DNA of 64,000 bases from a virus (Duplodnaviria > Caudoviricetes): the IMG/VR virus record IMGVR_UViG_3300021399_000108, positions 1 to 64,000 of that record; one strand, given 5' to 3'. A program made the translations under genes and the position numbers. Positions 47,469 to 58,236 of this stretch are shown piece by piece. Under the pieces are notes generated by a model, which was given only the letters and a program-made list of their open reading frames with translations, did no database searches and was not told where the DNA came from. The first letter of the stretch is position 1. Each line of letters starts with the position of its first letter.

Positions 47469-48320
47469 ATGGGTAGCGGCATGTGGACTACTGCGGCTTA
47501 CAACACAAGCATTAGAAGTATGGGTTTTACTGATGCTACTTCTGTAAGCTATACTAATAATGTCCAGTCAGTTTATAAAGAAAATCATCTGCATCCATTA
47601 CTTAATCCTTATGGAGTTACTCGTGAATGCCGCGATACAGAAGAACATCCAGAAACAATTCCTGTTATTCTCGCACTAGATGTCACTGGGAGTATGGGGC
47701 GAGCAGCTACAATGTGCGCTGGTAAACTAGACGAAGTAATGCAGGAACTTTACTCAAAAGTAAAGGATGTAGAATTTCTAATGATGGGCATTGGCGATTT
47801 GAATTATGACGATGCGCCAATCCAGGCATCACAATTTGAAAGTGATATTCGTATTCTAGATCAGACCACGAAAATTTACTTTGAAGGCGGTGGTGGCGGT
47901 AATTCTTTTGAATCGTATACTGCTGCTTGGTATTTTGGTCTACATAATACTAAACTTGATTGTTGGAAACGTGGGAAGAAAGGTGTTATTATTACACTTG
48001 GTGATGAGCCGCTAAATCCATACCTTCCTGGTGGTGCTTTAAGTAGCGCTCTTGGCAATCCGACGCAAGATGTTAGTACTCCTGAACTTTATAAAGAAGT
48101 TTGTGAAAAATTTGATGTATATCATATCGCTATTACTAATGAAAGTAGTTATAGACATTATGATGAAGCAATTAAAAACACTTGGGGTAAACTTCTAGGT
48201 CAACATCTAATTATTGCTTCTAGTGAAGAACTACCAAAAATCATTGGTGAAATTATTACTGATCATGAAGCTAGTACTATGCCTACAATTAATGTAACAG
48301 AGGAAGGAATTAGTTGGTAA
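47469..48320 (+). CDS. von Willebrand factor A (vWA) domain protein
   Basis: ILALDVTGSMG MIDAS motif, EGGGGGN..ESY, ITLGDE. Confidence 0.85.
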   Translation: MGSGMWTTAAYNTSIRSMGFTDATSVSYTNNVQSVYKENHLHPLLNPYGVTRECRDTEEHPETIPVILALDVTGSMGRAATMCAGKLDEVMQELYSKVKDVEFLMMGIGDLNYDDAPIQASQFESDIRILDQTTKIYFEGGGGGNSFESYTAAWYFGLHNTKLDCWKRGKKGVIITLGDEPLNPYLPGGALSSALGNPTQDVSTPELYKEVCEKFDVYHIAITNESSYRHYDEAIKNTWGKLLGQHLIIASSEELPKIIGEIITDHEASTMPTINVTEEGISW

Positions 48321-48321
48321 T

Positions 48322-49398
48322 ATGGAAGTTAAAGTTGTAATTGGTAGTAACTATGGCGATGAGGGTAAAGGATTAGTATCAGCAAATCTTGCGCGCGTAG
48401 CACAACAAAATAACAAAAAGTCTCTTACTGTATTTTATAATGGTACTACACAAAGAGCACATTCATTTGGAGATAAAGTACGTCATTGTACAGCCGCAGG
48501 TGAAGAATTTAATAGTGATACTTATTATCATTCTATGTTTGTCGTAGACCCAATTGCACTTTGGCTTACACAATCTTATGTATATATCGACCCTAATTGT
48601 CGCGTAATTTTACCTTGTGACGTAATGGAAAATCGCAAGATAGAAAAAAATCGTGGTGACAAGCGTCATGGCTCATGTGGACTGGGCTTATTCGCTGCGG
48701 TAAAACGTAGTAAAAAATTAGAAGATAATGTTCTAATTAATGATTTTCGTAGCCCATATGATCTATATCTTAAATTAAAGGATATTGAATCACGACATTC
48801 AACAGAAAAAGATACGTTGTATAATATTGATATGTTTATGCGCGCAGTCGCATGGATTACGAATAATTGTAGAATTATTACATTTGATGATCTAGTAAAA
48901 AATCATAAATATGATACAATTATTTATGAAGGCGGACAAGGACTACTACTTGATCAAACAAATATGGATGACTTTCCACATTTAACTCCTTCAAGTGTAG
49001 GAATGTATAATATTACAAATGATATTAATAAACTAAATTGCACGCCTGAACTATTTTATGTTTCGCGTACTTATATGACACGACATGGCGCGGGCCCAAT
49101 GGAATTTGAATGTAAAAAAGAAGATATTAATTCAAGTATTGTTGATAATATTAATCAACCAAATGAATGGCAAGGCGCTTTAAGATTTGGCCGCATTGAC
49201 TTAGAAACTCTTTATAAACGTATACAAAAAGATGCTGCATTATATAATAATAATTCAAATATTAATCTTGTTTTTACTCAATTAAACTACACCGATAATA
49301 AAATTGAAACAAATAAAGGCCGAGTAGATATTATTAAACCAAATTTTTGTTCAAAAATTTATATTTCTACTGATAAATATTATATATATAATATTTGA
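48322..49398 (+). CDS. purA: adenylosuccinate synthetase-like protein
   Basis: GSNYGDEGKG, HGSCGLG, EGGQGLLLD, TYMTRHGAGP. Confidence 0.85.
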   Translation: MEVKVVIGSNYGDEGKGLVSANLARVAQQNNKKSLTVFYNGTTQRAHSFGDKVRHCTAAGEEFNSDTYYHSMFVVDPIALWLTQSYVYIDPNCRVILPCDVMENRKIEKNRGDKRHGSCGLGLFAAVKRSKKLEDNVLINDFRSPYDLYLKLKDIESRHSTEKDTLYNIDMFMRAVAWITNNCRIITFDDLVKNHKYDTIIYEGGQGLLLDQTNMDDFPHLTPSSVGMYNITNDINKLNCTPELFYVSRTYMTRHGAGPMEFECKKEDINSSIVDNINQPNEWQGALRFGRIDLETLYKRIQKDAALYNNNSNINLVFTQLNYTDNKIETNKGRVDIIKPNFCSKIYISTDKYYIYNI

Positions 49399-49453
49399 CT
49401 TTTAATAAAAATTATAGTATAATATATATAGAAAGAGGAAAGGAGTAGAAGTA

Positions 49454-50009
49454 ATGACTGAATATAGCATGAAAAGTAAAAACCGCAAAGTTCATCAGCG
49501 TTGGCTTAATCGTTTTTGCCGCAAGATAAACAAAAGTATTGCTGATGATCCTCTATGGCTTGGTCGTTTCGTAGTAGAACAAAAGGCTACAAATATGGAT
49601 TGGTTTGAAGATAAAAGCGGCGGTTTAATGTATTGTCTACTCCAATTCCGTGATAAAAAGACAGGTATTACCAAGGAATGGCATACTGATTGTCTTGAAA
49701 TTACTTGGCAAATGTTCTTAAAAATGAATAATTTTATTGTTGAAGATTGTCAAGTTTGGGAAAATGAAAAGCCTTATGAAGAAGTGAGGGATTATAGAAA
49801 TGTGCGATAAAGATACCTATAATTTTGAATATTATCCTGGTGATGAACAATATGACACTGTGGTGAGATTAAGTTTTGATAGTAATTATACTTCGTTAGA
49901 AGAGTTTAGAAATATGTGTAGAACATTTGCTATTGCTCTTGGATACGATAAAAATGAAGTTTATCAAGTTTTCCCTACCTCCTTTCAAAATACATGTCGG
50001 CTAAATTGA
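49454..50009 (+). CDS. two hypothetical genes (49454-49810, 49800-50009)
   Basis: ORFs with promoter and RBS. Confidence 0.65.
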
Positions 50010-50020
50010 GCCGACAATAT

Positions 50021-50095
50021 GGGGCATTAGTTTAACGGTAAGAGCGGTGGTCTTATAAACCATTGACGATAGTTCGACTCTATCATGCCCTACCA
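50021..50095 (+). tRNA. tRNA-Ile(UAU)
   Basis: Cloverleaf; loop CT-TAT-AA; A73; CCA end. Confidence 0.85.
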
Positions 50096-50997
50096 GAGCT
50101 TACGCTCAATAAAATAAAAGAAAGGTGATTAAAATGGAAGAGTATTTGTTTGATCTTGAAGATTACTTCTATCACGATGATAGCTTAAATGACTATGAAT
50201 GCTTTTCTAAGAGTGGTTATCCCTCACAAGATGAATATGCAGAAAATCCCGATGTAATTTATTTCAGTGATTATGAATATCCATTTTAAATACTTGACTT
50301 TTAATTAAAATTATATTATAATAAATATGTACCAAAGAGAAAGGATGATAAAAGATATGCGTAGAAATTCTCGTCGTGTAGTGTTTTCCTCCTCTTGGAG
50401 CCGGGTCGAACAAGCCATGAAGATGGATGACGACTGGCAGTAATAGGCGCAACCCCATACAAATTACGGCCAAAGCAAGCGCCACCGTTTATAATATAAT
50501 TGCACTGCTTTAATCTATGGGCCTTGACGATTATTGAGTGCACCGCTAATTAAATCCTAGTTCCCGCGGAATATAAAAAGAACATAAGGACAGCCGGAGA
50601 GACGACAGTTAAGTCTTTTAAATCGCGCACTCCATTCTGCTTAAATGAAAATTAAAGCCCTTAAAAAGACTGGGGAGGGAAGCGTAACCCTGCACCGAAG
50701 CGGCAAAACACTAGGATGCATTCGGGTTTATGGTTATCCTCTTGACGGAGAAAAACCATATTTTTTATATAAGGATTAATAAGATGTATAGATATGATGT
50801 CGAATATTGGGATAATGATATAAAAGAACCAAATAATGATCAAGGACTTGTGGCCGCGAATAGTTATTCAGAGGCAGCACAACTTATTACAGAACAATAT
50901 GGTGAAAATGATATTGTTACTTTAAGGTTAACAGCTTTATATACTATACTTACAGAAGAAAATATCATAGAAGAATTTAAAAGAAAGGAGAATTAAA

Positions 50998-51246
50998 ATG
51001 GAAGAATATAGTCGCGCGCGAGTTCGGCTTGTAACAAATCAAGACGCTGTAAATTTTGTTAGCACGATTAATAGTGATGGCACAGCAATCAAGTATTCAC
51101 TAGAAGATTTTGATGGTCATTATCGTGTAAATGCGCGTAGTTTGCTTGGTGTCTTGTATTTTACAACTGAACATAATGAAGATACTTATTTAGTAAATGA
51201 TGACGGTGGCAGCATCCCTTCTAGTATTGATAAATTTAGGGTTTAA
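50998..51246 (+). CDS. HPr-family phosphocarrier-like protein
   Basis: VNARSLLGVLYF resembles the HPr Ser46 motif (VNAKSIMGVLSL). Confidence 0.6.
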   Translation: MEEYSRARVRLVTNQDAVNFVSTINSDGTAIKYSLEDFDGHYRVNARSLLGVLYFTTEHNEDTYLVNDDGGSIPSSIDKFRV

Positions 51247-51256
51247 TACCCTACAT

Positions 51257-51330
51257 TGGGGATTCGTATAACGGGAGTACTTTTGGCTTTGACCCAGACA
51301 GCGAAGGATCGTCACCTTCATCCCCAGCCA
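51257..51330 (+). tRNA. tRNA-Gln(UUG)
   Basis: Cloverleaf; U1-A72; loop CT-TTG-AC; CCA end. Confidence 0.85.
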
Positions 51331-51345
51331 TAAAGGAGAAATAAT

Positions 51346-51822
51346 ATGCCAATACTTTATATGTTATGTGGGCCTAGTGCATCAGGGAAAAGCACCTGGG
51401 CTCATAATTTTATCAGTAAAAATTCACAAAAAGATATACGCTATGTATCACGTGATGAAATACGTTTTTCACTACTGAAAGAAAATGAAAAGTATTTTGC
51501 GCATGAAAAGCAAGTATTTAAAAAATTTGCTGGTACAGTTACACAAACACTTGTAGATGGATTTGATGTAATTGCAGATGCGACGCATTTGAATATCTTT
51601 TCTCGTAAAAAATTAACTAATGCAATTGATAAATTTTATACTGATTATCAAATTATTTACATAATTTTTGATATTCCATTACAAGATATTTTAAGCCGCA
51701 ATCAACAACGTCTAGGACTTGAACAAGTGCCGGAAGAAGAAATAAAAAGAATGTACAATGATTTTTCGCCGCCAATTCACGAAGATAATAGAGAAATTGA
51801 TCGGTATATAGTAAAGGAGTAA
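51346..51822 (+). CDS. polynucleotide kinase-like P-loop protein (AAA_33)
   Basis: GPSASGKST, SRDEIR, DATHL, RNQQR. Confidence 0.85.
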   Translation: MPILYMLCGPSASGKSTWAHNFISKNSQKDIRYVSRDEIRFSLLKENEKYFAHEKQVFKKFAGTVTQTLVDGFDVIADATHLNIFSRKKLTNAIDKFYTDYQIIYIIFDIPLQDILSRNQQRLGLEQVPEEEIKRMYNDFSPPIHEDNREIDRYIVKE

Positions 51823-51826
51823 GAAA

Positions 51827-52438
51827 ATGGAACTATATCTTACTAGTGATACTCACTTTTGTCACACTCCTAATTTTCTTTGGGAACCACGCGGTTTTTC
51901 TTCTGTGGAAGAAATGAATGAAGCTATTGTAGAACGATGGAATAAAGTAGTAAAACCAAATGATCGGGTAATTCATCTTGGTGATGTTATGCTCTCAGAT
52001 ACTGAAAAAGGTCTTGAATATTTCAAGCGGCTTAATGGAGAAATTTGTCTTATTTTCGGGAACCACGACTCCCCTCGGCGGCAAGAAGAACTAGCTAAGC
52101 TTCCTAATGTTATTATTCTTGGATATGCTCATGTATTTAAATATAAAAAGCTTACATTTTATGTTTCTCATTATCCGACTTTAACTGGAAACTATGATGA
52201 AAAACATTTTTCTCAACATGTAATAAATTTGCATGGACATACACATCAACAAGCTAATTTTTTATATCCTAATAATCCATTTATTTATCATGTAGGAGTT
52301 GACTCTCATAATTGTACCCCAGTACATATTGATGAAGTTATTACGGATATTCGGCAGCGCTGGAACGATTTACAGACACTAAAAATTCCAATTCAAGAAT
52401 TGTATATGTATCCAATGAAGGAGAATAAAAATGAATGA
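51827..52438 (+). CDS. calcineurin-like metallophosphoesterase
   Basis: SDTHF, HLGD, GNHD, SHYP, HGHTH. Confidence 0.9.
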   Translation: MELYLTSDTHFCHTPNFLWEPRGFSSVEEMNEAIVERWNKVVKPNDRVIHLGDVMLSDTEKGLEYFKRLNGEICLIFGNHDSPRRQEELAKLPNVIILGYAHVFKYKKLTFYVSHYPTLTGNYDEKHFSQHVINLHGHTHQQANFLYPNNPFIYHVGVDSHNCTPVHIDEVITDIRQRWNDLQTLKIPIQELYMYPMKENKNE

Positions 52439-53243
52439 TATTTCAGCAAAAGTTATAGAAAAGCATAATTGGCTTGTAGCTAATAAAGAAAAATATGGAA
52501 TTGAATATGTAGTAATGTCTGTATTAATCGGTTCACAAAATTATCATTTAGAATCTAATACTAGTGATATTGATGTTTATTCTTTTATTTTCCCGAAATA
52601 TGAAAATTTTATTAAAGATACTAAATTAATTAATTTTGAGCATGAGTTTGAAGATGGTAGCAAAATTGTAGCAAAAGATGTTCGTTTAATTTTCAATCTT
52701 TTACGGAAACCTTCTCCTAATAGTATTGAATGTTTTACAAGTCATTATAAAGTATATAATCCATTATTTGAAAAAGTATTAGAGTCTTATCTTGGCGATG
52801 ATTATACTTTATATTATTTAACTCATGCTAATTATACGAATATGGTAAATGCTATTGCTGGTTGCGCGCGTGGAGTACATGGTAGGAACATGACAATTGG
52901 GAAACAATTTTCACATATTTTACGACTGCATGATATGCTAATTCGTTATCTAGATAGAAAATATAGACCATGTGAATATTTAGAATTAGACCCAGCTAAT
53001 TTACATGTGGCTTTGGCGACGAAATTTAATCTATTGCCTGTAACAGAGCAATCTTGTAAAAATTTAAGTGATACTTTATCTGTATTCGCAAAAAACTTTA
53101 CTCCAACCGTCACAGAAAAAGTACGAGAAGAAGTTGCTAATAAAGTAATTGATGAATTTCAACTTGAACTTACGGAGATTTATTTAGATGATGCAAAAAA
53201 ACATCTGGAAGAAATTAGAAATCGCAATGCCACTAACAGGTAA
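52431..53243 (+). CDS. predicted nucleotidyltransferase (Pol-beta superfamily)
   Basis: GSQNY...SDIDV motif. Confidence 0.75.
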   Translation: MNDISAKVIEKHNWLVANKEKYGIEYVVMSVLIGSQNYHLESNTSDIDVYSFIFPKYENFIKDTKLINFEHEFEDGSKIVAKDVRLIFNLLRKPSPNSIECFTSHYKVYNPLFEKVLESYLGDDYTLYYLTHANYTNMVNAIAGCARGVHGRNMTIGKQFSHILRLHDMLIRYLDRKYRPCEYLELDPANLHVALATKFNLLPVTEQSCKNLSDTLSVFAKNFTPTVTEKVREEVANKVIDEFQLELTEIYLDDAKKHLEEIRNRNATNR

Positions 53244-53487
53244 AGACATACCGCAAATTTGGAAAAGTATACCCGCTGATCAACAAAATTCTATTACTAT
53301 TAGTTTTGAATATGAAAATATTATTTATCTAGCAAATTTAATTACAATCACACAGTATGATACCTCCTTTCTAATAAATTGCCAAGATATAAAAATTTGG
53401 CAATTACAAAAAGCAAGTAATTAAATACTTGCTTTTTTTTATAATTTCTGATATAATATTTATAGAAAAGATAAGGGAGGAATTGAA

Positions 53488-54327
53488 ATGGCTGTCGCGA
53501 AATCTTATGAAAATTACAAAATTATGGGCGAGCCTTATTCTCATGATGGGAAAATGTATGTTATCGTACAGTGCCCTTGTAAACGTTGTGGCGGCAGCGG
53601 CCATTACAGCATGAACGCGATGGGCGATACTACTTGCTATCGCTGTAATGGTATCGGAAAAGAGAATACCGAAGTTCGTTGGTATACCGACAAACAGCGT
53701 GAAGCTCTTGATCGTGCGGCTGAAAAACGTCAGGCCGCCGCAAAAGTAAAGCAAGAGGAACGCCGTGTAAAGTTTGCAGCGCGTAATGCATTTGGTTTCG
53801 GCAAAGCAGGGTTTATTACTCTCATTTGGGGTAATAATGATGAAATTCAAGCATGGCGTGCGGAACTTCCTCTGCATACTGTCTTGTATAACAATGTTTT
53901 TGGCTGGTATATTCCTTCTGATAAAACCCCGGAAATGATTCCAGAGCGTTTTTGTTCTAAGCGCCTTGAATGGGCTGAAATTAAAGATGAATCTGATGCA
54001 GAAGATCTCTCTATGCAGGATCATGCTATTGTACGTAAATATGTATATACTCTTATACATGGCGTAAGCAAGAGCGAATATCAAGGTGAAAAAGATACAT
54101 GGCTGGAAAAAGACGTAACTATTAAAAAGAATATTGCTCTCAGTAGCCAGTATGGTGATTCACACATGCACATTATGGAAGATGCGGATGAAAATGTATA
54201 TGTATGGACTACTGCAAGTAAAAACTTGGAAGTTGGTAGTACAGTACATATGAAAATGAAAGTTAAAGAGCATAAAGAATATGATGGAGTAAAACAAACT
54301 ATTGTATATTATTGTAAGATTAAGTGA
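53488..54327 (+). CDS. DnaJ-type zinc finger plus C-terminal OB-fold-like protein
   Basis: CKRCGGSG, CYRCNGIG; KVKEHKEYDGVKQT. Confidence 0.65.
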   Translation: MAVAKSYENYKIMGEPYSHDGKMYVIVQCPCKRCGGSGHYSMNAMGDTTCYRCNGIGKENTEVRWYTDKQREALDRAAEKRQAAAKVKQEERRVKFAARNAFGFGKAGFITLIWGNNDEIQAWRAELPLHTVLYNNVFGWYIPSDKTPEMIPERFCSKRLEWAEIKDESDAEDLSMQDHAIVRKYVYTLIHGVSKSEYQGEKDTWLEKDVTIKKNIALSSQYGDSHMHIMEDADENVYVWTTASKNLEVGSTVHMKMKVKEHKEYDGVKQTIVYYCKIK

Positions 54328-54863
54328 GGAAATATGACAAACTTAGAAGAAGTAGAATTTACTTGCCCAAATTGTGGTGTGCAATGGACTGAATGGCAGG
54401 ACCCAGATGATGATTGGTTTAAACTAGCTACTAATCAAACATTATGTCCCAATTGTGGACGAATTACAATGCAGCGGATTTTATCTGAATTAAATAAAAA
54501 TAATAATTGAGGTAACTATATGTGGATTGTAATTATATGCTTAGTTATTTTGTTATTTATTGGAGCTACATTAGGTAATCCGCCGCGTAATGGAGGAGAT
54601 TTTTAATGAGTAATGAACATAAAGATTGGCTAAGAGATCAAGCTAGTGATATAATGCTGGACAACGGGATATTAAAAAACATCGAGTATTGTGAATCTTT
54701 TCATGGCGGTTACATCACTATTGGTGAAGATTATGATTGGTGTCGCCGTATATTTTTTATTTGGAATGATGATTTGGATGGTTGGAGTTATAGAGAAATA
54801 AATATTTGACTAGTAATTTAAATTATGATATAATAATTATATCAAAGGAAAGGAAGTAAAAAT

Positions 54864-56252
54864 ATGGCATATTGTGGATATGTAGTAAAGGTTGATCATC
54901 TTCGTAAACATACTAATGCAGATCGTCTGCAAATTGCTACTTTTTTTGGTAATGATACTATCGTTGGTATGAACACTCAATATGGTGATATTGGTGTTTA
55001 TTTCCCTGTTGATGGTCAGCTGTCTGAGCGCTTCTGCGCGGTAAATGACCTGGTGCGCCGCAAGGATGAAAATGGTAAGCAAGTTGGTGGTTATCTTGAT
55101 CCTGATAAGCGCAACATTAAGGCTTTAAAGTTACGTGGCGAAAAGTCTGACGGACTTTATCTGCCTATTACTTGTCTAGCTGACTTCTGTAAAATTTCTG
55201 ATTTAAAGGTTGGCGACACCATCACAGTATTAAATGGTGAAACTATCTGTCAAAAATATATTCCAAAGCGCACTAATCCTGGTTATCGTGGTAGTGGGCG
55301 TAAATCTCAAAAAAGCAAGACTAATTATGCTCCTACTTTTTATGAACATGTGGATACTGAACAGCTAGCTTATAATCTAGATAAGTTTAAGCCAGGGGAT
55401 ACCATTCAACTTACTCTTAAGATGCATGGGACCTCAGGACGTACCGGTTTTCTACCAGTGCTAAAAACTAAACGCACATTCTTAGATAAAATGTTCCATC
55501 GTCATGGTACAGATTATTATGAATATGATTATGTAACTGGCACGCGCCGTGTAGTTCTTGATGGGGTACGTAAGGCCGGGTTCTATGATTCAGATGAATG
55601 GCGGCTTGCTATGGCGGATAAGTTTGCCAATAAGCTTCATAAAGGCGAAATTGTATATTATGAAATTGTTGGTTTCCAGGGACCAAATGGTGCTCCTATT
55701 ATGAGTCAGGTTCAGAACTCTAAGGTAAAGGATCCTGAATTTACTAAACAATATGGTGCAATTACTACTTTCTCTTATGGTTGTGAGCAGGATTCTACTT
55801 ATGTAGAGCCTATGCATGAGACTGGCGTGTGGCATCCTTGCTGCGAAGTATATGTCTATCGTATGACAATGGTCAACAAAGATGGCGATGTGGTAGAATA
55901 TTCTCCCGCACAAATTAAGGAACGTTGTGAGCAAATGGGTGTACATACTGTAATGGAATTTGAAACCTTCATAATTCCTGATATGATTCAACTGCCTGAT
56001 GATGTTGGGTCTTTGCAGGCAGTTGATGCTGGCGAATATGTTCTTCGTAAGGTTGAGCAGTATTTTGATGGCCCTGACCCTATTGGCAAGACTCATGTGC
56101 GCGAAGGTGTAGTTGCTCGTATCCTTAACCGTACTAACTTCGCAGTTTATAAGCACAAGAATTTCTCTTTCAAGGTGTTGGAAGGCATTGCCAAGGATGA
56201 AGCTACTGCACCTGACATCGAAGAAGCACAGGAATTGGAGGAAACTAATTAA
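54864..56252 (+). CDS. RNA ligase, Rnl2 (DRB0094-like) family
   Basis: HTNADRL N-domain, motif I KMHGTS, YYEIVG, REGVV, YKHK. Confidence 0.88.
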   Translation: MAYCGYVVKVDHLRKHTNADRLQIATFFGNDTIVGMNTQYGDIGVYFPVDGQLSERFCAVNDLVRRKDENGKQVGGYLDPDKRNIKALKLRGEKSDGLYLPITCLADFCKISDLKVGDTITVLNGETICQKYIPKRTNPGYRGSGRKSQKSKTNYAPTFYEHVDTEQLAYNLDKFKPGDTIQLTLKMHGTSGRTGFLPVLKTKRTFLDKMFHRHGTDYYEYDYVTGTRRVVLDGVRKAGFYDSDEWRLAMADKFANKLHKGEIVYYEIVGFQGPNGAPIMSQVQNSKVKDPEFTKQYGAITTFSYGCEQDSTYVEPMHETGVWHPCCEVYVYRMTMVNKDGDVVEYSPAQIKERCEQMGVHTVMEFETFIIPDMIQLPDDVGSLQAVDAGEYVLRKVEQYFDGPDPIGKTHVREGVVARILNRTNFAVYKHKNFSFKVLEGIAKDEATAPDIEEAQELEETN

Positions 56253-56624
56253 ATGAATATATTATATGAGGGTATGAGCGGTTCCGCCGCAAATCCACAA
56301 CTAGGTGGGCTATTGCTTTCTATTGGTATAGTTGTTATGATAGTAGGGACAATACTTCTCGCACTTTCAGGTGCAGATGAGAATTGGCTAGTTTTACTTA
56401 TAATTCCACTTGCATGTATTATTATTGGAGTTTTTAATCTTATAGATAGTCGAACACCAGTTGTTAAAGCAACATTAAATGATACCATTCCATTTACCGA
56501 AATTCAAAAGCATTACGAATATGTAGATAAAGAAGGCGATATCTATATTTTTAAGCCGCGTAATATCAATATAGATGAATGGGAACGACAAGTAAAAGAG
56601 CAAAATAAAGAAGCTGATGAATAA
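56253..56624 (+). CDS. membrane protein
   Basis: Two hydrophobic segments. Confidence 0.65.
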   Translation: MNILYEGMSGSAANPQLGGLLLSIGIVVMIVGTILLALSGADENWLVLLIIPLACIIIGVFNLIDSRTPVVKATLNDTIPFTEIQKHYEYVDKEGDIYIFKPRNINIDEWERQVKEQNKEADE

Positions 56625-56655
56625 AGAACACACATATCAGTAGGAGGTGATTGGC

Positions 56656-57123
56656 GTGACAATTGATGAATGCCGCCTAAGTATTTAGGCGCATAGGTAG
56701 AAAGTCCGCAAATACATTCGATTTTTTACTGATAGATTAACTACACGTGGAGAACGTCATGATTTAAGTAAATTAGAAGAACCTTAGCTATCTGGTTTTG
56801 CTCAATATACAGATTGTTTAAAAGATTTAACATATGGTTCTCCTGAGTATTATGAAAATTTACAAGCTTTACGTCCTGTGTTAGATCATCATTATGCAGT
56901 GAATCGTCATCATCCTGAGCATTGGAAAAATGGTGTTTCTGAAATGACACTCGTGGATATAATTTAGATGATATGTGATTGGAAAGCATCTAGTGAACGA
57001 CAAAAAGATGGTAATCTATTACTTTCAATAGAAAAAAACGCAGAACGTTTTAATATAGATGATCAATTAAAACAAATTTTAATTAATACTGCTAAAATTT
57101 TAGATGAAATAGATTAGAGATAA
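56656..57123 (+). CDS. DUF5662-like (HD-type) protein, 5 in-frame TAG
   Basis: HDLSKLEEP*L, HHYAVNRHHPEH, LVDII*MICDWKA; GGAGGTG RBS, GTG start; absent from the ORF track. Confidence 0.85.
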
Positions 57124-57363
57124 AGGAGAATAATTATGACTAATGAAGAAAAAATTGCCGCTCTCGAATATCGTCGTGATAAACTACTAAGTCGTGGTTT
57201 TTTTAATCATAATCTTGCCGCAAAAGTACAACGTAAAATTTATCAATTGCAGAAAAAGAAGGAGGAAGAAAAAGTATGAATCCCTGTTGGCTTATTCCAA
57301 CATTTCTCGCAGGAGTGTTCATTGGGATCGCACTTATCGCACTTATCTCTGCAAATCGACTTG

Positions 57364-58212
57364 ATGGATAAAAATATATATTTCTTTACTGATATACACG
57401 GCCATTATCCACTTTTTCGCGCGATTTTAAATTGGTGTAATAATGATGTTATTATATACGGCGGTGATGCTTGTGATCGCGGGAAGGATGGCTATAAAAT
57501 AATCAAAGAGTTACTAGAAGCACCTAATGTAATCTATTTATATGGTAATCATGAAGAATTATTTACTAATGCTGCAAAAGCAATTTTAAAAACTTATTAT
57601 AATAATAAGAATATTCATTCTTGTGATGCAGAAAAAGCAAAATTAGTATTAAAACATATGCGTACGCTCGGAGATGAAGATGTAAAATTACATCTAATGA
57701 ATGGCGGTGAGTCTACATTAATAGATTGGTTACTTGATGGCGCACCAAAAGAAATAATTGATAAACTATCTACATTACCACGCACCTATTCTTATAAAAA
57801 TTATGATTTTTGTCATGCTGGTAGCACTTATACTACGTTTTCATATATAAGTGCATTAACCGAATACAAAGGCGCCTATGACGAACAAGCAATCATTTGG
57901 GATCGTAATTGTATACCGATTGGATGGGAAACAGGCAGAATAGGAATATTTGGTCATACCCCGACCGTCTTTTTGCCGCATGGTATTTATGGTCATGACA
58001 CAAGTCTAGCTAATATTCATCCTTGTTATTGGCAAGATAAGATGGGTGGAAGAAAAAAGCGCGGTGGATGGAAATTAGATATGGATACAGGAGCTTATGC
58101 TACTAATCGCGCATTTGTTTTCAATTGTAATAATTTTACAATTACTGGCTTTGAAATGGATGAAAATAACCAAATTAAAATTATTGACCAATATCAAATT
58201 GACTTTTCGTAA
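57364..58212 (+). CDS. Ser/Thr protein phosphatase (PPP family, lambda-PP-like)
   Basis: TDIHG, GDACDRG, GNHE, HAG, GHTP, DTG. Confidence 0.88.
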   Translation: MDKNIYFFTDIHGHYPLFRAILNWCNNDVIIYGGDACDRGKDGYKIIKELLEAPNVIYLYGNHEELFTNAAKAILKTYYNNKNIHSCDAEKAKLVLKHMRTLGDEDVKLHLMNGGESTLIDWLLDGAPKEIIDKLSTLPRTYSYKNYDFCHAGSTYTTFSYISALTEYKGAYDEQAIIWDRNCIPIGWETGRIGIFGHTPTVFLPHGIYGHDTSLANIHPCYWQDKMGGRKKRGGWKLDMDTGAYATNRAFVFNCNNFTITGFEMDENNQIKIIDQYQIDFS

Positions 58213-58236
58213 GGCCAGAAGTGGCCTTATTTTGGT

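Noticed and set aside
48322-49398. PurZ / 2-aminoadenine (Z) genome
   Set aside because: Keeps the PurA catalytic Asp in GDEGKG, where PurZ has Ser; no recognisable datZ/mazZ alongside.
543-56989. Minus-strand shadow ORFs (e.g. 543-971, 11544-11942, 22642-23040, 53404-54084, 55590-56156, 56741-56989)
   Set aside because: Antisense to well-supported plus-strand genes.
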